Source: Polyangiales bacterium
Lineage (GTDB): Bacteria > Myxococcota_A > Polyangia > Polyangiales > Ga0077539
Assembly: GCA_044229975.1 (NCBI GenBank)
Contig: JBGARZ010000018.1
Span: 64,001-128,000 of the forward strand
DNA: 64,000 bases
Reading direction: 5' to 3'
The position numbers and the translations under genes were made by a program. Below are positions 58,669 to 64,000 of the stretch, in pieces (the first letter of the stretch is position 1; each line of letters starts with the position of its first letter). Under the pieces are notes generated by a model. That model was not told the origin of the DNA, ran no database searches, and saw only the letters and a list, made by a program, of their open reading frames with translations.

Positions 58669-60267
58669 ATGCTGAAGCTCGTGATCTCCGACGACGAGGG
58701 CAAGACGATGGTCATCCCGCTCACCCGGGATGAGCTCACCATCGGTCGCAAGGACGGAAACTCCATCCGCCTCACCGAGCGCAACGTCTCCCGACGCCAC
58801 GCGCGCATCGTGAAGCGTTCGGAGGGCTTCTTCCTCGAAGACCTCGCCAGCTACAACGGCATCGTCATCAACGGCGCACGCCTCGCCGAGCCGAAGCCGA
58901 TGCGCGGCGGCGACCAGATCCTCATCGGCGACTACAAGCTCCAGGTCGTCGAAGAGGCGGGTGCCCAGCCCACGCCTCCGCCGCCTGCGCCGCCGCCCGT
59001 CGCCTCCGAACACGCGGCCCCGCTCCTCGCCGCCACGCCGAGCACCAACCCGGGCAGCGCGCCGGGCCTCGCCGCCCTCAATGACCCGCTCGCGCCTGCG
59101 TCGACTGCCAGCGCGCCGGTGCCCGAGAGCATCAAGGGCATGCGCGTGGTGTTTCTCGCGCCCGCCGGCGTGCCCGCCCCGGTGTTGCTCGACCGCCTCC
59201 CGATGATCCTCGGGCGCAGCGAGTCGGCCGACATCGCGCTCGCGTTCAGCTCCATCTCGCGTGAGCACGCGCGGCTCTTCTGCGAGGACGACAAGCTCTT
59301 CATCGAGGACATGGGGAGCTCCAACGGCATCCAGATCAACGGCGAGAAGTGCCGCAAGGGGGAGCTCTCCCCCGGCGACATGGTGCAGCTCGGGGTCGTG
59401 GAGTTCCGCGTCGCTCGCCGCGGTGACAGCACCGTGGTCATCCAGCGCGCGGCCGCCGACGAGCGCGCCGCCGCGGGCCGATCGAACAAGGGCCTCATCG
59501 CGGGCGTGGTGTTCGGCGGCGTGTGCCTCGGGCTCCTGGTGCTCTTCATCGCGACGCACCGCACGGGTCCGTCGCCGGTCAATCCGCAGCCCGATCCCCC
59601 GACGGCCTCGGCCGCCGCGACGCCCACCGCCCCGACGCCTCCAACGACGCCGGTTGCTCCCCCACCGACCCCGGTCGCGCCCGCCGCCACCCCCGAGTCT
59701 GTGCCCGCCGTGGTCGCTGCTGCGGCTCCCGAAGCGGGTGTTGCGCCTGCGCCCGCCGCAGCTGTTGTTGCGCCGCCCACCGCACCGACCCCGGAGGTCG
59801 TTCCTGCCGCGCCTGCGGTGGTGCCTGCGCCGCCCGCTGTCGTCGAGCCCACGCCCCCGGTGAACCAGGTCGTCGAGACGGCCCACGATCGCCGCGATCA
59901 CCGCCACCCGACCACCACCCCCGCCGCGACCCCACGCGCCGCGGCGACGCCTCGCCCCGTCACCGCACCGGCCCCCGCGCCCGCGCCAACCCCGGCGCCC
60001 GCGGGTGACCCCGGCGCTTCGCCGATGGACCAGGCGCGCGCCTGCCTCCGCTCTTCGGAGAACATGAACGCCGGCAACCAGTGCGTTGTCAACGTGCTGC
60101 GCGGCCGCGCCAACAGCGAGTCCGAGGTGGGCCTGCTCTGCACGACCTACCGCACCATGAGCCGCACGAGCGACGCGGTGCGCTGCATGCGCAACTACAT
60201 CCAGCGCTTCCCCTCCGGCGCGCGCGTCCCGTCCTTCCAGCAGTACATCGACGGCAACAGCCAGTAG
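58669..60267 (+). CDS. Tandem-FHA membrane protein with Pro/Ala linker and TPR-like C-terminus
   Basis: Two FHA signatures (IGR..SRRHA..DL.SYNG; LGR..SREHA..DMGSSNG), TM helix, Pro-rich stalk. Confidence 0.9.
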   Translation: MLKLVISDDEGKTMVIPLTRDELTIGRKDGNSIRLTERNVSRRHARIVKRSEGFFLEDLASYNGIVINGARLAEPKPMRGGDQILIGDYKLQVVEEAGAQPTPPPPAPPPVASEHAAPLLAATPSTNPGSAPGLAALNDPLAPASTASAPVPESIKGMRVVFLAPAGVPAPVLLDRLPMILGRSESADIALAFSSISREHARLFCEDDKLFIEDMGSSNGIQINGEKCRKGELSPGDMVQLGVVEFRVARRGDSTVVIQRAAADERAAAGRSNKGLIAGVVFGGVCLGLLVLFIATHRTGPSPVNPQPDPPTASAAATPTAPTPPTTPVAPPPTPVAPAATPESVPAVVAAAAPEAGVAPAPAAAVVAPPTAPTPEVVPAAPAVVPAPPAVVEPTPPVNQVVETAHDRRDHRHPTTTPAATPRAAATPRPVTAPAPAPAPTPAPAGDPGASPMDQARACLRSSENMNAGNQCVVNVLRGRANSESEVGLLCTTYRTMSRTSDAVRCMRNYIQRFPSGARVPSFQQYIDGNSQ

Positions 60268-60444
60268 TCGTCGCCCCGCCGCAACGATGGCTTGACACCC
60301 CATACCGATCGGGTAGTTGTCGCCGCCCTGCGTATCCATCGTCCCCGCACGGATGGTCCGTGTTTACCGCCCGCCTCCAACGGGCGAAGCGCCGAGAGGG
60401 TCCTCTGACCCGTCGAAGCGTGGGGCGCGCAGTCGAGGCAAACG

Positions 60445-60648
60445 ATGCCGAAGATGAAGACCAACCGCGCCGCGGCCAAGCGATTCAAGATCACTGGCTC
60501 CGGTCGCATCCGCCGCTCCAAGTGTGGCGGCAACCACTTCATGGGAAACAAGGGCTCGCGCCAACTGCGCCGCCTGCGTAAGAACGACATGGTGCATCCC
60601 TCCTTCGAGGGGCGCATCGGTCAGCTCTTCCCCTACGGGCTCCCCTGA
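60445..60648 (+). CDS. rpmI: 50S ribosomal protein L35
   Basis: MPKMKTNRAAAKRFKITGSG. Confidence 0.97.
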   Translation: MPKMKTNRAAAKRFKITGSGRIRRSKCGGNHFMGNKGSRQLRRLRKNDMVHPSFEGRIGQLFPYGLP

Positions 60649-60665
60649 AAGCGAGCTGAGTACCA

Positions 60666-61043
60666 ATGCCCAGAGCAAAGCGTGGATTCAAGGCGCGTCG
60701 TCGCCGCAACCGGGTGTTCCAGTGGGCGCAGGGTTTCTCTGCGGGCCGCGGTCGCCTCTATGGTCCGGCCCGCGAGGCCGTGCACAAGGCGTGGTCGTAC
60801 GCGTACGTGGGCCGCAAGCTCCGCAAGCGTGACTTCCGCCGCCTGTGGATCGCCCGCATCTCCGCGGGTGCCCGCTCCCTCGGCGTGAACTACTCGCGCC
60901 TCATCTCCGCCCTCAAGACCGCCAACATCGGTCTCGACCGGAAGATCCTGGCCGACCTCGCGGTGCGCGACTTCGCCGGCTTCAAGGCCGTCCTGTCCGC
61001 CGCCGGCGTCGAGCTCAAGCCCAACGCCTTCGCCCCCGCCTGA
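60666..61043 (+). CDS. rplT: 50S ribosomal protein L20
   Basis: MPRAKRG, RKRDFRRLWIARI, LDRKILADLAV. Confidence 0.97.
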   Translation: MPRAKRGFKARRRRNRVFQWAQGFSAGRGRLYGPAREAVHKAWSYAYVGRKLRKRDFRRLWIARISAGARSLGVNYSRLISALKTANIGLDRKILADLAVRDFAGFKAVLSAAGVELKPNAFAPA

Positions 61044-61146
61044 TCTCCCACTCCTCACCACGCTGAGACCCCTGCACGGACGCGTTGCGCCCGGTGGGGG
61101 TCGTGTGTTTTCATCGCCCTCCGACACCGGGAGGCTGAGGGTATCC

Positions 61147-61428
61147 ATGACGAAGGCCGAGATCGTCGAGAGCATCTATGCGACCGTGGGCGGCTTCTCC
61201 AAGAAGGAGGCCGCCGACCTCGTCGACGCCGTCTTCGACGTGATGAAGCAGACCCTCGCCGAGGGCGACAAGGTGAAGATCTCCTCCTTCGGCAACTTCC
61301 TCGTGCGCGACAAGCACGAGCGCCCCGGGCTCAACCCCCGCACGCTCAAGCCCATCACCCTCGCCGCGCGGCGTGTGGTGCGCTTCCGCCCCTCGCCCGT
61401 TCTCAAAGCCCAGGTCAACGGGCGCTGA
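61147..61428 (+). CDS. ihfA: Integration host factor alpha subunit
   Basis: MTKAEIV, VKISSFGNF, RPGLNPRT, ARRVVRFRPS; conserved position before merR. Confidence 0.9.
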   Translation: MTKAEIVESIYATVGGFSKKEAADLVDAVFDVMKQTLAEGDKVKISSFGNFLVRDKHERPGLNPRTLKPITLAARRVVRFRPSPVLKAQVNGR

Positions 61429-61457
61429 CCGTTGCACCGCCGGGTGAGCCCCGCGAC

Positions 61458-61916
61458 GTGACCACACCCCTCCCCCCGAAGAAGTACTTCCGCATCGGCG
61501 AGGTCGCGCGCCTCCTCGAAGTCCCCGCCCATGTGCTGCGGTACTGGGAGACGGAGTTTCGCGCCGTCCGCCCGATGAAGTCGCCCAGCGGGCAGCGCAT
61601 CTACAGCCGCCGCGACGTCGAGCGCCTCGCCCTCATCAAGCGCCTGCTCCGCGAGGAGCGCTACACCCTCGAAGGCGCCCGCCGCGCCCTGAAGGAGCGC
61701 GGCCTCGACGACGACGCCAACACCCCCGCGCGACCTGAGCTCCTGCGCGGCGCCCTGCTGCGCGCACGAGAGAGGCTCACCGCCCTGTCCTCCGCCCTCG
61801 ACGCCCTCACGCTGGTCGAAGCCGACGAGGCCGTGGAGGTCGAGGAGGCCCCGGCGCCCGAGATTCGCGTGACCGAAACCACCATCGAGAGCGACCTCGC
61901 CGAGCGCAACGGCTGA
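61458..61916 (+). CDS. MerR-family regulator (ihfA-linked type)
   Basis: KKYFRIGEVA, HVLRYWETEF, YTLEGA. Confidence 0.92.
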   Translation: MTTPLPPKKYFRIGEVARLLEVPAHVLRYWETEFRAVRPMKSPSGQRIYSRRDVERLALIKRLLREERYTLEGARRALKERGLDDDANTPARPELLRGALLRARERLTALSSALDALTLVEADEAVEVEEAPAPEIRVTETTIESDLAERNG

Positions 61917-61932
61917 GGGTCGCCGAGACGGC

Positions 61933-61960
61933 TTGACTCCCTAGTTCGCCCCCGTACCAT
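61933..61960 (+). promoter_or_regulatory. Sigma70-type promoter upstream of rimK
   Basis: TTGACT-N16-TACCAT. Confidence 0.45.
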
Positions 61961-62002
61961 CCGCGGCCCCTGTCTCGCCGCGATGCCCTGCGGAGGCCGC
62001 TG

Positions 62003-62956
62003 ATGTGGATCCTGATCTTGTCCCGCAAGGCGTCGATCTACTCGACGCGACGACTCACCGAGGCCGCCATCGCGCGGGGCCACCAGGTGAGCGTGGTCGA
62101 CCCGCTGGAGTTCTCCCTCGTCGCCTCGCGGGGGCGGCCGTCGCTCTTCCATCGCGGCGTCGAGGTCGGCGGCTACGACCTCGTCATCCCACGCATCGGC
62201 GCGTCCATCACCAGCTACGGGCTCGCGGTGGTGCGGCAGTTCGACATGCTCGGCGTGCCGGTGCTCAACTCCGCGCTCGCCATCGCCCGCTCGCGCGACA
62301 AGCTCCGCGCGATGCAACTCCTCACCAAGCGTGACCTCGACATCCCGACGACGGTCTGCACCAAGACCGCGTCGCACATCGACGCCGCGCTCGCCCTCGT
62401 CGGGGGCCCGCCCGCCATCGTGAAGCTGCACCAGGGCACGCAGGGAATTGGTGTGATGCTCGCGGAGACCCGGCAGGCGGTGGAGAGCACCTTGGAGGCG
62501 TTCTGGACGCTGGGGCAGGACATCATCCTCCAGGAGTTCATCGCCGAGTCGCGCGGCAAGGACGTGCGCGCCATCGTGGTGGGCCGTCGCGTGGTCGCGG
62601 CGATGCGCCGGCGCGCGCAGAAGGGTGAGTTTCGCTCCAACCTGCACCGCGGCGCGGAGCCCGAGGCCATTCCCCTCGACGAGCTCGACCCGCGCTACGC
62701 CAAGGCCGCCGTCGAGGCGTGCAAGGTCATGTCGCTGGAGGTCGCCGGCGTCGACATGCTGGAGACCCGCGGCGGGCCGAAGATTCTCGAGATCAACAGC
62801 TCGCCCGGCCTCGAAGGCATCGAGCGCGCGACGGGGCAAAACGTCGCCGCCGCCGTGATGCGCCACGCCGAGCGCTTCGTGAAGCGCCGCATGGCGAAGA
62901 ACGCCAATCCCCTCATCGAGGACGAGCGCTCGCGCCGTCGACGCAAGGGCTCATGA
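62003..62956 (+). CDS. rimK: RimK-family ATP-grasp alpha-L-glutamate ligase
   Basis: YSTRRL, PRIGASIT, SRDKL, GTQGIGV, EFRSNLHRG, EINSSPGLEGIE. Confidence 0.93.
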   Translation: MWILILSRKASIYSTRRLTEAAIARGHQVSVVDPLEFSLVASRGRPSLFHRGVEVGGYDLVIPRIGASITSYGLAVVRQFDMLGVPVLNSALAIARSRDKLRAMQLLTKRDLDIPTTVCTKTASHIDAALALVGGPPAIVKLHQGTQGIGVMLAETRQAVESTLEAFWTLGQDIILQEFIAESRGKDVRAIVVGRRVVAAMRRRAQKGEFRSNLHRGAEPEAIPLDELDPRYAKAAVEACKVMSLEVAGVDMLETRGGPKILEINSSPGLEGIERATGQNVAAAVMRHAERFVKRRMAKNANPLIEDERSRRRRKGS

Positions 62957-63714
62957 GCGGCGTCGAGCGCCTCGACGAAGGGGCCGTGCAGGTGCTGCGG
63001 GTCAACCGCCCCGAGCGCAAGAACGCCCTCGACCCGGAGGCCCTCAAGGCGCTGCTCGGACACGCCGAGGCGATGCGGAGCATGCCCGCCGTGCGCGGCG
63101 TGATCCTGGCGGGTGAGACGTCGTGCGGGGTCTTCGTGAGCGGCGGTGACCTGCAGGCGCTGAAGGGTGTTCGCACGGCGCGGGGCGCGCGAGACCTGGC
63201 GCGCAAGGCCCACGCGGCGGTCGACGCGCTGCGGGCGCTGGGCGTGCCGCTGGTGGCGGCCGTGGAGGGCGATGCGTTTGGCGGGGGCTGCGAGCTCGCG
63301 GCGGCGTGCGACTACCGCGTGGCCGAGCGGCACGTGCGCTTCCATTGGGTGCAGGCGCGCATGGGCGTCACCACGGGCTGGGGCGGCGCGGCCAACCTGC
63401 TCGACCTGGTGAGCCGCGGCACCGCGATGCGATGGCTGCTGACCGCGGAGCCCGTGTGGGCCGACGAGGCGCACGCGGCGGGCTTCGTCGACGAGGTGGC
63501 GGAGGCGGGCGGCGCCCTCGACGCGGCGCGGGCGCTCATCGGGCGCGTCGCGCGGCAGCCGAAGGCCGGAACGCGACGGATGGTGTTTCTCCTGCGAGAG
63601 ACCACGCGGATGGACGCGCGGCGGGCGCGGGTGCTGGAGCTCGATCACTTCGGGCGATCGTGGGCGACGACCGACCACCACGAGGCCGTAGCGAGGTTTC
63701 TCCGCAAGGCATAG
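62953..63714 (+). CDS. Enoyl-CoA hydratase/isomerase family protein
   Basis: NRPERKNAL, SGGDL, AFGGGCEL..ACD; ATGA overlap with rimK. Confidence 0.9.
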   Translation: MSGVERLDEGAVQVLRVNRPERKNALDPEALKALLGHAEAMRSMPAVRGVILAGETSCGVFVSGGDLQALKGVRTARGARDLARKAHAAVDALRALGVPLVAAVEGDAFGGGCELAAACDYRVAERHVRFHWVQARMGVTTGWGGAANLLDLVSRGTAMRWLLTAEPVWADEAHAAGFVDEVAEAGGALDAARALIGRVARQPKAGTRRMVFLLRETTRMDARRARVLELDHFGRSWATTDHHEAVARFLRKA

Positions 63715-63738
63715 CGTCACCCTTCGGAGGTGACGAGC

Positions 63739-64000
63739 ATGACGAGTCGGTGGTGGTCGGTGGGGCTCGCGGGCGCGCTGGCGCTGGGCTGTAGCAACGG
63801 GTCGTCGGTGGTGGGCGGCCCCGACGACGCGGCGACCGTCGACGTCGCGCTCGACCTGGGCGCAACGGACGTCTCGACCATGGACCTCGTCGACGTGCAG
63901 ACCACGGACGTCGTCACCGTGGACGCCGTCGATGCGGCCGACGTGGCCGATATGCCGGCGGTGGATGTTCCGTTTCGCTGCACCGACAACGCGTCGTGCA
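63739..64000 (+). CDS. Lipoprotein with Asp-rich linker, 3'-truncated by window edge
   Basis: GGAGG RBS; MTSRWWSVGLAGALALGC, then D-rich spacer and CTDNASC. Confidence 0.75.
   Translation, partial: MTSRWWSVGLAGALALGCSNGSSVVGGPDDAATVDVALDLGATDVSTMDLVDVQTTDVVTVDAVDAADVADMPAVDVPFRCTDNASC

Noticed and set aside
59590..60005. Low-complexity repeat-like DNA
   Set aside because: Explained by the Pro/Ala/Thr linker of the FHA protein.
56903..60339. Long ORFs opposite the PARP and FHA genes
   Set aside because: Shadow frames with no motifs.

Overview
Very GC-rich bacterial chromosome segment. Gene content (lipoproteins with Asp-rich linkers, tandem-FHA membrane protein, Cys-rich repeats) suggests Myxococcota/Polyangia; this is inference. 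There are three zones. (1) 1-33.2 kb is an accessory block of secreted or lipoproteins. It is dominated by three translationally coupled 'A-B' pairs of paralogous Asp-box (BNR-like) beta-propeller lipoproteins plus two solo relatives, with DUF3160-like, RCC1-like, FG-GAP and small Cys-rich proteins. (2) About 33.2-49.9 kb is an island abutting a tRNA-Gln/tRNA-Glu pair. It holds a scrambled parA remnant, a divergent GGDEF protein, a HEXXH peptidase, an MmeI-like type IIL restriction-modification fusion, an XRE regulator, a tandem-RHH protein and a large serine recombinase whose last codons lie inside the antisense of tRNA-Glu. (3) 50-64 kb is mostly core genes (COG1058/CinA-like, zwf, aspS, rpmI, rplT, ihfA, merR-like, rimK, enoyl-CoA hydratase). 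This zone also carries a eukaryote-like WGR-helical-catalytic PARP, preceded by a 23-bp inverted repeat and coupled to an orphan histidine kinase. No CRISPR array or rRNA was seen. All calls come from motif recognition by eye; no database searches were run.
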